Below the pieces are notes generated by a model, which had not been told where the DNA came from, ran no database searches, and saw only the letters and a program-made list of their open reading frames with translations. This document shows positions 20,632 to 31,949 of a stretch of DNA of 64,000 nucleotides, one piece after another; positions within the stretch are counted from its first letter, which is position 1, and every line of letters begins with the position of its first letter. Position numbers and translations under genes: made by a program. The DNA is from Squalus acanthias. Taxonomy: Eukaryota. The stretch covers positions 63,736,001 to 63,800,000 of the forward strand of contig CM059441.1 in assembly GCA_030390025.1 (NCBI GenBank). Direction: 5' to 3'.

Positions 20632-22514
20632 CAACAACAACAACTACTTACATTTATATCATGACTTTAATGTAGTAAAATGCCCCAAGGCACTTTATAG
20701 GAGCGTTATCAATACAAATTTTGACACCGAGCCATTTAAGGAGATGACCAAAAGCTTGGTCAAAGAGGTAAGTTTTAAGGAGAGTCTTAAAGGAGGAAAG
20801 AGAAATGGAGAGGCAGAGAGGTTTAGGGGGGGATTTCCAGAGCTTAGGACCAAGGCAGCTGAAGGCATGGCCACCAATGGTGGAGCAATTAAAATCGGGG
20901 ATGTTCAAGAGGCCAGAATTGGTGGAGCGCAGGGATCTCGGGGGGTTTGTGGGGCTGGAGGAGATTACACAGCTAGGGAGGGGCGTGGCCATGGAGGGAT
21001 TTGAAAACAAGGATGAGGATTTTGAAATCGAGATCTTGCTTAACTGGGAGCCAATGTAGGTCAGCGAGCACAGGGGTGATGGGTGAGATGTACTTAGAGC
21101 GAGTTAGGACACAGGCGGCAGAGTTTTGGATGACCTCAAGTTTATGTAGGGTAGAACTAGGGAGGCGAGCCAGGAGTGCATTAGAATAGTCAAGTCTAGA
21201 GGTAACAAAGTTATGGATGAGGCTTTCAGCAGCAGATGAGCTGAGGCAAGGGCGGAGACGGGCGATGTTACGGAGGTGGAAACGGGCGGTCTTAGTGATG
21301 GAGCGGATATGAGGTAGGAAGCTCAACTCGTGCTCAAATATGACACCAAGGTTGCGAACGGACTAGGACAGCCTCAGACAGCTGCCAGGGAGAGGGATGG
21401 AATCGGTGACCGAAGACAATGGCTTTGGTCTTCCCAATGTTTAATTGGAGGAAATTGCCGCTCATCCAGTGCTGGATGTCGGACAAGCAGTCTGACAGTA
21501 TAGAGGTAGCGGAGGGTTCGAGAGAGGTGGAGGAGAGGTAGAGCTGGGTATCATCAGCGTACGTGTGAAAACTCCAGCTGTGTCATCGGATGATGTCACC
21601 GAGGGGCAGCATGTAGATGAGAAATAGGAGAGGGCTACGGATAGATCCTCGGGGGACACCAGAGGTGACGGTGCGGGAGCGGGAAGAGAAGCTGTTGCAG
21701 GTGATTCTATGGCTATAACTGGATAGATAAGAATGGAACCAAGCGAGGGCAGTCCCATCCAGCTGGACGACGGTGGAGAGGCATTGGAGCAGAATATTGT
21801 GGTCAACTGTGTCAAAGGCTGCAGACAGGTCGAAAAGGACCAGGAGCGATAGCTTACCATTGTCACCGTCAATTAAGATGTCATTTGTGACCTTGGTAAG
21901 AGCCGTTTTGGTACCGTGGCAGGGGCAGAAACCTGATTGTAGTGATTCAAACAAAGAGCTCCGGGAAAGACGGGTATGGATATGGGGGGGTGGCAACACG
22001 TTCAAGAACGAACTTTGGAGAGGAAAGGGAGGTTGGGGATAGGGAGGTTGGAGATGGGGCGGTAGTTTGCAAGGACAGAGGGGTCAAGGGTTGGCTTTTT
22101 GAGGAGAGGGGTGATGATGGCAGATTTGAAGGAGAGGGGGACAGTACCTGAGGAGAGAGAACCATTAACAATATCAACTAATATGGGAGCCAGGAAGGGA
22201 AGTTGGGTGGTCAGCAATTTAATAGGAATAGGGTCGAGAGAGCAGGAGGTCGGTCTCATTGACATGATGAGCTTTGAGAGGGCATGAGGGGAGATAGGAG
22301 AGAAACCCAGTGGGCTAGGGGAAGGGAGGGAATTAGCAGAGGCAGTTGAATGGATATTCTCGATCATTTTGACAAAAAAGTCCATGAGCTCCTCGCATTT
22401 ATTGTTGGAGGGGAGGGAGGTGGAAGCAGGGGAGGGTGGTTTGAGAAAAAGGTTTGTGGTGGAGGAGAGAAGCCGGGTGTTATCTTTGTCTACCCGGATG
22501 ATCTTAGAACTATC
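20632..22514 (-). mobile_element. L2-type LINE, degraded ORF2 (RT and C-terminus)
   Basis: ORFs 22002-22385 (CSLDPIP..NYRPISNLP), 21583-22005 (QSGF..DLSAAFDTVDH..GVP.GS), 20973-21326. Confidence 0.9.
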
Positions 22515-24284
22515 TGTTCTTCCCTTAGGACTGTCTGTTCAAAGTTCGAAGCTGACTCCATTTTGGTAACAGTTATGATTTTATTTAAGCATAAGTGAGA
22601 TTCAATGCACTCAGTATTTGAGCAGCAGTTTACAAAGTACAATTAAGAATCATATTACCCACTGTAACTGTCCTAGCTGTCCTTTGGGTAGAAGGCGTGG
22701 CCCATTCCTCGTTCCTTCTACCCACATATGCATTTGCACCAGTTAGGATCAGTGCCCTTCCTGACCCTTCCAACTGAGAATGACCCAAACCTGCTAGGAT
22801 ATACCCCAAGAACTGGAACTACAGAAAGCTCTATCCAATCATGTATCTCCCATACCCCCCATTCGACCCAATCAGGAGCTGGTAAATTCTGTGGCCAGCA
22901 CAGGCCTTAGGCATCCTTTGTCAGAGCCTTAGTGCAATCTTTTTCTGTTTCCATGGTGATGACATAACCCAGGACCTTGCTTTAACCTAATTCTAACAGG
23001 AAAAAGACCAAATTAATACTAACTTAACAACAACTATAAACTGGCAATCTTAGAATTAAACTATGGTCTGGCAACGCTCAATACTAAAAATTAGTAAAAG
23101 GAATTTAGCTGGTTATGTTACTATTGCTCACTTTCCCACATACAAGAACCAGATAAGAGATAAGGCTGAGATAGACCGGAGCCTCCCTCTTCTCTTCCCG
23201 AGCATTTCTAGCAAAAGCAAGGGCAATTCAGCCATAAACATGGCCATCCTTAACACATACCAAAACCTGCAATTTGAAAGTGGTGGATTTTTCAGAATAT
23301 CTGTTCTAACAAAAAGCTTTGGGGTCATTGAACTCTTTGCAATGCCTGATCCCGCAAAATACCATATTCTTGACCCCTCACTCAATCTTATTTCCCATCC
23401 TTCTGCAGGAGGGCAGCCAATTCTAAGTTATTAGCATGTCGGCTAAGTACATATATTTCAAGCAACAGATCATGGTAAAGAAAAAGAAAATCATAATACA
23501 TTGTACAGAAAGCTACAGTTTACCATATGATCAATAAATCATGAAATTAAAAGATTCTCCGGCTCACTCTTTACCCATATCCATCTTGTTGATAATTCTT
23601 ACTAACTATTATTTCTCCCTAACCCTCAATTGTCCCAATCCAAATTCTATGTCCCTCTCCACTTCAAGTTCAATTTCGATTTCTCTGACAGGTGCCAGTG
23701 TGTTTAACTCTATCCTGATTGTTTCATTAATTAGATAGTTTCTCCATAGAGCATGTGTCAGTGCCTTGGTGATTTAGAAAGTTGTCTCACTCTCCTGAGT
23801 CACATTAATCATTTCATGCTGTTCTGTTGTCAAGTGCCTGAGCATGTCTGAGACCCATTCTTCAGTGCAAATTCTGCATGCTAGTTGCTTCATAGGTAAT
23901 AAATCACATTTGCCACACATGACACCTGATACAAGCCATTCTTGGGTTTCAGGTGATGTTATCAAAAGATCGTGGGGTGACTGGAGATCTTTGCTCATCT
24001 CCTCCTGTATAGTCCCATTGTTCCGGGTAGTGGCCAGGCTATCAAATGCAGTTTTCTTAAAAAGTTCATAGGGAAGGCCACAAACATCTGCAAGAGAAAG
24101 CTATCAATTCACTATTCTCACCTACACTTTCCTGACTTTCACTAGATTATACATTGCTACCAGATTGACAACTTTTGGTGAATTGTGCCCAGTTGATGTA
24201 TTCCAATTTAGCCAAGAAAATTATTTTAGAAAAATTCCCATTTGGTGTAACTGTTCTGTTTCTATCTTCCATCCTAAGTGGGGC
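22515..24284 (-). other. Unclassified 1.8-kb block, possible LTR or 3' end of an LTR retroelement
   Basis: Cuts the L2 abruptly at TG (CA on - strand); - strand AATAAA at 22580-22585, about 65 bp from that end; no similarity to other repeats in the window. Confidence 0.35.
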
Positions 24285-24865
24285 ATAGAAACATAGAAGA
24301 TTGGAGCAGGAGTAGGCCATTCGGCCCCTCGAGCCTGTTCCGCCATTTAATGAGATCATGGCTGATCATCCAAATTCAGTTCACCCTCTCCCTTCTTTCT
24401 CCCCATATCCCTTGATCCCTTTAGCTTGAAGAAATATATCTAACTCCTTCTTGAATATATTTAATGAATTGGCCTCAACTGCCTTCTGTGGTAGAGAATT
24501 CCACAGGTTCACCACTCTCTGGGTGAAGAAATTCCTCCTCATCTCAGTCCTAAATAGCTTACCCCTTATCCTTAGACTGTGACCCCTGGTTCTGGACTCC
24601 CCCGCAATCGGGAACATCCTTCCTGCATCTAGTCTGTTTAGTCCTGTTAGAATTTTATAAGTTTCAATAAGATCCCCTCTCATTCTTCTAAACTCTAGCG
24701 AATATAAGCCTAATCGACCCAATCTCTCTTCATACGTCATTCCTGCCATCCCAGGTATCAGTCTGGTGAATCTTCGCTGCACTCCCTCCATGGCAAGAAC
24801 ATCCTTCCTCAGATAAGGCGACCAAAACTGCACACAGTACTCAAGGTGTGGTCTCACCAAGGCCC
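24285..24865 (-). mobile_element. Young 5'-truncated CR1
   Basis: Uninterrupted ORF 24381-24860 VRPHLEYCVQFWSP..IPGMAGMTYEERL; catagaaa tail. Confidence 0.92.
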
Positions 24866-25208
24866 GCAGATCATGAAGTCAGTCGAGCGTGCAACGCCCT
24901 GGTGGCGCCCCGGACTGGATATTGAGTGGCGCCCCCTCCTTTCCGCCTGGTGCAAGCAACGACAGGGAGACTGGAACGTTTCCCAGTCGGTGAGGGGCTG
25001 GGGGGACACTATTTAAAGGCGCCCTCTTCCTGGCTTTTTCTGTGGTAGACATTTTTGCACCTCTCATTCTGACAGAGAGAGAGATTCTGAGAGAGAGAGA
25101 GAGAGACTTCTGCATAGAGGCAGCGTTGTGTGGAGTAGTTTTGGCTACTGAGCATCACTTTGCAGGTACTTTTGGATTTGACCTTCATTACTCGATTGCC
25201 AAGAGACT

Positions 25209-26366
25209 TTGGGGGCTGCACTGATTCGGGGCATCGTCCTGCACCTGCAGAATCGGAGGCAACAGAGACTCAGAGAGAGAGAGGTAATCATGGCCAGACA
25301 GAGGAAGGCCAACAGGCCTCTGCACAGGAGACCTTACCCTCCCAGGGTATTCCGGGAACAATTCTCCGACATTAATTTGTCTGAGGAGCAGTGTTTGCGC
25401 AGGCTGCGCTTCAGCAAGGAGGTGGTCACTGAGCTCTGCCACCTGCCGCATCCAGATCTGCAGCCTCAACTGAGGACCAGGACATCTCTGTCGGTGGCAG
25501 TGAAGGTCACAGTGGCTCTGAATTTTTAAGCCACTGGCTCCTTTCAAGCAGCTACTGGGGACATCGCCAATATCTCCCAGTTCACGGTCCATTGCTGCAT
25601 CCGTCAGTTCACAAATGCCTTCTATAAAAGGAGACGCCAGTATATCTCTTCCCCGATGACCCGGGCCAAACAGCATGAACGCGCATTGGGCTTTGCGAGG
25701 ATAGCGGGCTTCCCCATGGTGCAGGGCACCATTGACAGCACGCATGTGGCATTGCGGGCACCGCATGAGAATACAGAGGTTTTCCGAAACCGCAAGGGGT
25801 TCCACTCCTTAAACGTCCAGTTAGTCTGTGACCACAGACAGCTGATACTCGCTGTCAATGCCTGCTATCCTGGCAGCAGCCATGATGCTTTCATCCTGTG
25901 CTAGACTGGTGTGCCAGAACTTTTCCAGGCACCGCATCAGCCAAGTGGTTGGCTCCTCGGGGACAAGGGTTATCCATTCTGCACCTGGCTGATGACACCG
26001 CTCCGTAACCCCAACACCCCTGCTGAGCCGCGGTACAATGAGAGCCATCTTGCCACCAGGAACATTATTGAGCAGATGATCGACGTGCTCAAGCAACGGT
26101 TCCGCTGTCTGGACCACTCTGGAGGAGCCCTGCAGTACTCGCCTGAGTGAGTCTCCCTCTTCATAGTTGTGTGCTGCATTCTTCATAACCTGGCAATCCT
26201 CAGGACCCAGCCAATGCCACCAGGCCTTGGAGCACCACCAGAGGAGGAGGAAGAGGAGGAGGAAGAGGAGGAGGATGATCAGCAGCAGCACCAAGGTGGG
26301 AGGGAGGCCCACAATGTTGAAACTGGAAGGGCCGTCCGTCAACGTCTGATAGCAAGCTGCTTCTAG
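25209..26366 (+). pseudogene. Harbinger DDE transposase (HARBI1-like) pseudogene
   Basis: ORFs 25209, 25656, 25911 and 26169 share one frame, broken by stops at 25527, 25902 and 26148; motifs [58 protein letters not shown]. Confidence 0.92.
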
Positions 26367-26796
26367 GCCCCTGCTGAGGAAATGGCTTCTGGCATGGAGA
26401 ACAACATAAATGAAAGCAACCCGCAACCCCAAAGCCAGCCAAGACAGCAATGATTCAAAAGGCCAAACCTGTACATTTTGAATACAAAAACGTTTTTATT
26501 TTACAAACTCTGTGTGTCATTTCTTCATGACAAACTAATAGAAACAAACACAAAAAATCATTAATTAACATAACTGGTTCTCACAACCTGGAGATAATGT
26601 CCAAAACACTAAACAAAAGTTTGAACACGAACCTCGGCCTTTAATAAAAAAATTCCCAACATTTCGTCACACCTCCTACTTTTTGCCCTTCGAGGGTGAT
26701 CTCCATCTCTTGCCCACTTGCCCCTTTCCCACCCTACTGCTCCTCCGTAATGGGGCCCCAGTGGCTGCAGCAAGGCTGGTAGAAGGCTGCTGATTG

Positions 26797-28402
26797 TTAA
26801 GAACCTGAGACTACAGATGCCCTTGAAGGACGGCCTCGACCAGCTCTGGGCCTGGAAGGCCCGGCTGCAGACTGCACCAACTCTGCATGGGCGGCAGCAG
26901 TCTGGGCTACAGGTGGTGGCAAGTGCAATGGGGAAGTGACATTGGTGGCAGCAGGAATGCTGTCATCTTCAGAGAGGACAGCAACTAAATGCTCGACTGA
27001 TACACTGGCATTCCCATGAGGCAGCACCTCAGCATCCGGAGCAATCTGCTGGAGCACAGATTGCTGTCCAAACCAGCGACAATGGCAGCAGTCAGTGCTT
27101 GCATGGCCTCAATCTGAGTCTGCATGAGACCAGTCTGAGATTGGATCACGGCAGCCAGTGACTGAATTGCAGCACTAAGTATTTGTGTGGCATCCGCCTG
27201 TGCTACAGCGACGTGCTCCACACTCCTTGCCAGTGCATCGATGCAATCGGGCACCCTTCCGACTGCACCCATGAGCTGAGTGTGCATGTCCACCACCTGG
27301 GTGTTCATTTCAGCGATGAGCCGCTCCTCCTCTGCATCCAGTGCAGCAGGACTCGCTGACCTACTCTCCCTCCGGGGAGAAGGCCCCCGAGCTTCCCTAG
27401 CCACATCGCGTTGCTGCAGCCCGCTGGGTCCCAGAGCTTCACCCTCATCAGACCCTTCCCCCCTGCTCCCCTCCAGGAAAGACGTGGTCCCAGTGTGGGC
27501 ATGGGCTTCCTCGGGAGAGGTTGTCACTGATGCTCCGGCTTCCTCTTCCTCCTCGCCTGCGGCTTCGCTCCCACTGGCAGCTTGAGGGCACGTCTCCTCA
27601 GCTGGTGAATCACCATCTGAAAGCAGGGAGGTACAAGTGTGGCTTTAGCATCAGGACAGGGGGGCAGTAAGGGAGGAAGGAGTGGAGCGATTTAGTAAGT
27701 TGGATTGAAAGTGTCAAAGGCTGGTGTTGTGAGGGACAAGTGGAATGAGAGAGAGAAAGCTGATGACCTTACCATTGCTGTCCCAAACGGGGTCGACCTC
27801 TCCAGGGGCGACGGGACCGATCACCTGGCTTGCCACAATCCTGTGGACGCGCGCCTCAAGATCGCTGAGGTGTTGCAGCTGAGGCCGCCCTCCACCCGTC
27901 CGTTGCTGCTGTCTCCTGTTATGAGATAGCTTGGCCTGCAAGAAAAAGGATGGCATCTGAGTAAATATACAGCCATGGTCTTGCCTGATGTGCCTCCCAT
28001 AGGTGAATAGCCCTTACTGTATGCAAAGTGTGGAATGTGTGTGTGTGTTTCATGAGAGGGCCAAAGGTGTTGGATGAGTGTTGGGCATTGGGGTTTTATG
28101 ACCCTCTGGCCATAGAGTGAGGTTGAAATGGAGGGTTGGAGAGGTATTGAAAAAAAGCCACTCACCCTGACGACCCGAGTGAGGTCGTTGAACTTTTTGC
28201 GACATTAAGTATGGGTCCTGGGCACCATGCTCCTGGAGGAGACATGCTGAGCCACCTCCCTCCACACTCTTCTGTAATCGCGCGGCAAAGGCCTCCTGCC
28301 GCTCTCAGGGAAGAGTATAGATCTTCTGCGCTCCACCGCGCCAACCAAAGCCTCCAAGGCCCGCTCGCTGAAGCGCTGAGCTCGTTCTCTCACCCTCTCC
28401 AT
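26797..28402 (-). pseudogene. Harbinger ORF2: spliced Myb/SANT-like (trihelix) DNA-binding protein pseudogene
   Basis: Exon 1 28402-28166 MERVRERAQRFSERALEALV..VWREVAQHV..RTHT*CRKKFNDL (stop 28205-28207); exon 2 27935-27773 AKLSHNRRQQQRTGGG; exon 3 from 27616 (acidic then coiled region, frameshift near 27060); GT-AG introns in matching phases (0, 1). Confidence 0.85.
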
Positions 28403-28762
28403 AGTCCTTGGCTGGAAAATGTAGTCACAGGTCTCTCCAGGCCGAGATTCAAGGCTCCAATGAGCAGGGTGTGGCTGGAGAGCAAGATCGACCCTCCCCT
28501 TTAAGAACTGGCCGGCATCAGTGTGTCTGTGTTCCATCGCTAACTGACATCACCTGCGCTGCGCCCGCGCTCTGAGTTAGCGCCTTGCACCTCGGCCTTT
28601 GCGTCTTAAGACAGGTGTGCAGCACCTGATTTAGCGCTCCAATCACCTCCAGGGGCGATAAAAGCCAAGTTTGCAGTCGGAGGCGATAATTAGCGCCAGG
28701 CTCTAAACTTTGCGCCCGGCCGATAATTGCGCCCCAAACGGGGTGATACCGAATTTCTCCCC

Positions 28763-29180
28763 AAAGCTTTACTCTTATATTCTAATCCCTTTGTAACAAA
28801 AGCTAACATACCATTTGCTTTCCTAATTGCTTGCTGTACCTGCATGTTAACTTTCTGTGATTCATGTACAAGGACACCCAGGTCCCTCTGAATGCAAACA
28901 TTTCCCAGTCTCTCATCATTCAAAAAATATTCTGCTTTTTTGTTTTTCCTACCAAAGTGGATAGCTTCACACCTCTCCACATTGTATTCCATTTGCCATG
29001 TTCTTGTCCAATCTTGGAGGGTTGTAGAGCTGGAGGAGGTTACAGGGAGGTGCACTCGGCCACAGAGGGATTTGAACACGAAGATGTGGATTTTTAATTT
29101 GAGATGCTGCCAGACCGGGAACCAATATAAGTCAGCGAGCACTGGGGTGATGGGTGAACGGGACTTGGTGCGAGTTAGTA
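28763..29180 (-). mobile_element. CR1 fragment joined to an L2 fragment
   Basis: ORF 28690-29142 is chimeric: LADLYWFPV (L2) then WQMEYNV..RDLGVLVH..KANGML (CR1). Confidence 0.75.
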
Positions 29181-29430
29181 CACTGGGTCACTGCTGAATT
29201 TGGTCCCCAATCATAGCTCAATAAGAATGATCGTCTGCAAAGACTATTAACCATGGATATGTCTGAGCTGATGATGATATTTCCTTGGAGAAGTGACAGA
29301 AGAAGTAAGATTTGCTGCTCCTAAATATTTCATCAACTTCTCACTCTCAAGCTCTGAAAGAGAAAGGAGTTAATGAGACCTCACTTCTTGCCCGACAGCT
29401 CTCGAGAGATCAAAACGACTTTTACACAAT

Positions 29431-30195
29431 GGGCCAGAAATTCGGCTCTTGTCGGGTGAGTACGCGCTGTGTACTCACCCGTAAGGCCACCTGAAGTGCC
29501 GGTTTCCTGCATGCACTGCGCATGCGCGGGAAACCGGAACTTCCGTTCCCCTGAAGGGAGGGGTTCAGAAGTCGAACGCGTGCGCGGGAGAGGCTGCGCA
29601 CACGCAGCAAACTTCGGGGTTTTTTTTTCAGGTTTCTCCGGGAAGGTAAGTATGGAGAAGCTGCACTTTTAAAAAGGAGGCACAAGGCCTGTTTTTAACA
29701 AGGTAAGTGGTTAATTAATTACAATTTAAACATTTTTTCAACAGGTTTATCTTTTTTAGATACTGTAAAGAAAGATAAGTTTATTTTTAGCACCGTTAAA
29801 AAGTATAATTAATTTTTTCAAAAATTAAAATTTTTGTTTAAAGTAGTTAATTTATGTAACTTATAGTTATTTTAAAAATGTGATTTAAAAAAAAATTTAT
29901 TTGACGTTTAAGTGTGGTTTTGGGGCCGATCTCTATTCATAGATTTGACAGGTCTTCCTGTCAAATCTATGAATGAAAATGCCCTGCTAGGATTGGCTCT
30001 CCATGGCCCACGTGATCCCAGGGGACGCTTCGAACTAACTGCGCCCCTGGGACACGCAGGCACTGCGTGCCGGCAGCTGCAGGAGGCCCAGGACCCGAAG
30101 TCCTCGTGGGCCCAAAGCACAACTGCAGGCGCGGTAGGCAAGTACGCGCATGATGCTTGCAACCGCAGGAAGCCGGAAAGCCGAATTTCTGGCCC
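29431..30195. mobile_element. Harbinger-type MITE, family 1
   Basis: Perfect 17-bp TIR GGGCCAGAAATTCGGCT; AAT TSD at 29428-29430 and 30196-30198; inverted relative to the 48128-48874 copy. Confidence 0.92.
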
Positions 30196-30269
30196 AATGT
30201 CTTCATGCTCCAATTTGATTCTCTGTGGGATGATAGGTGCTCTGCAGTGAGTTACAAAGCTTTAAGAAA

Positions 30270-30670
30270 GAAAGGAAATACTTGTATTTTTATTGTGTCT
30301 TTCACAACCTCAGGACGTCCCATAGCGTTTTACAGCCAATGAAGCACTTTTGAAGTGTAGACAATGTTGTAATGTAGGAAACGCGGCAGCCTATTTGTAC
30401 ACAGCAAACTCCCACAAACAGCAATGTGTCAATGACCAGGGATAAATATTGGCCCTAGGACACAGGTGAGAACTCCCCTGCTCTTCTGCCAATAGTGGCC
30501 GTGGGAACTTTTACTTCTAACTGAGAGGGCAGACGGGGCCTCATTTTAACATCTCATCTTAAAGAAGGCACCTCCAAAAGTGCAGCAACTCTCTCAGTAC
30601 TGCCCCTCCGACAGTGCAGCCCTCCCTCAGTACTGGCACTGGGAGCGTGCGCCTGGATTACAGGCTCAAG
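30270..30670 (-). mobile_element. Deu-domain SINE with about two 33-bp units
   Basis: acaacctcaggacgtccc...aactcccctgctcttc...ctcagtactgcccctccgacagtgcagc. Confidence 0.8.
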
Positions 30671-31109
30671 TTCTTGGACTTCCCTTGTCCCTTGAACGAG
30701 AAAGATGTCCTGTATGACAGACTTGAGCCCTAAGCCCAGATCTCAATAATATGTAGAAATCTTTAGAAGGTATGAATCACTGGAATCTGTCTTTATAAAG
30801 TCAGAACACCAACAAAGGACGACGTTGGTCGTGGAAGTGAATTACAATCGTTCCATTACTTTCCCAGGGCCTGTCCGACTGCTCGCCTGGAGAGTAATTG
30901 CTGACACGCAGTGCTGGGCACCAATGGCCTCTTCCTGTGCTGCTTCCTCTGTGTATTTACTTAGAATCGGTTGAAGTGTCACTGTGAGTCAAATCAGGAA
31001 ATGGGGAACTAGTGAGAAAACATCACTTTGTCCTGCCGTGTTGGCAAATTTTTAACTCTTTGAATCCTGAAACTGTGACGATATTTCTGGGCAAAGCACA
31101 GTTTCGAGC

Positions 31110-31815
31110 ATGGCTCAATGGTTTTAGCAATCTCTCTCTTGCCTCTGAGGGAGAAGGTCATGGGTTCAAGTCCCCACTCCAGAGACGTTTGATTGATGTT
31201 GGTTGGGGCATAAATATTTGCCCCAGGACACCGCAGAGAACTCCCCTGCTCTTCTTTGAAATAGTGGCCGTGGGATATTTTATGTCCACATGAGAGGGCA
31301 GATGGCCACTCGGGTTTAACGTCTCATCTGAAAGACAACACCCCCGACATTGCAGCACTCCCTCAGTACTGCCCCTCCGACAGTGCAGCGCTCCCTCAGT
31401 ACTGTCCCTCCGACAGTGCAGCGCTCCCTCAGTACTGCCCCTCCGACAGTGCAGCGCTCCCTCAGTACTGCCCTCTGACAGTGCAGCGCTCCCTCAGTAC
31501 TGTCCCTCCGACAGTGCAGCGCTCCCTCAGTACTGCCCCTCCGACAGTGCAGCGCTCCCTCAGTACTGCCCTCCGACAGTGCAGCGCTCCCTCAGTACTG
31601 CCCTCCGACAGTGCAGTGCTCCCTCAGTACTGTCCCTCTGACAGTGCAGTGGAGCCTCACTCAGTAATGCCCCGCTGATAGTGCACCGCTCCCTCAGTAC
31701 TGCCACTGGGGAGTGTCGGGCTAGATTATCGGTTCAAGTCTCTGGAGTAGGAGTTGAACCCACGACCTTCTGGCTCAGAGACGAGAGACAGAGTGCTAAA
31801 TCCATGAACCACAAC
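31110..31815 (-). mobile_element. Deu-domain SINE with 33-bp array (31350-31705), abutting a + strand SINE head at 31110-31185
   Basis: About 10 units of cagtgcagcgctccctcagtactgcccctccga; head reverse complement gttgaacccacgaccttctggctcagag. Confidence 0.85.
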
Positions 31816-31949
31816 TGCCGCAGCACTGATTGACGGTTAAGTTGACAAAGGGAAGTCTTTCAATTATAGTTGATTTTTAACTACAGAAAATATCTAAAAT
31901 GGAATATTTTATCATTTATATTTACATTTATATTTATATTCCTTTGTAA

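Larger units (their letters stand above)
24866..28762 (+). mobile_element. PIF/Harbinger transposon (formerly autonomous; left TIR not found)
   Basis: Convergent transposase and Myb/SANT genes; right terminus ccgaatttctcccc like the MITE TIRs; AT-rich spacer with AATAAA on both strands (26495-26500 on -, 26643-26648 on +). Confidence 0.88.

Noticed and set aside
23063-23434. 123-aa ATG-initiated ORF
   Set aside because: No recognisable motif and an overlapping ORF on the opposite strand; kept only as part of the unexplained 22515-24284 block.
25209-26366. Domesticated host HARBI1 gene
   Set aside because: Three in-frame stops, a paired Myb/SANT gene and a TIR show it is a decayed transposon copy.
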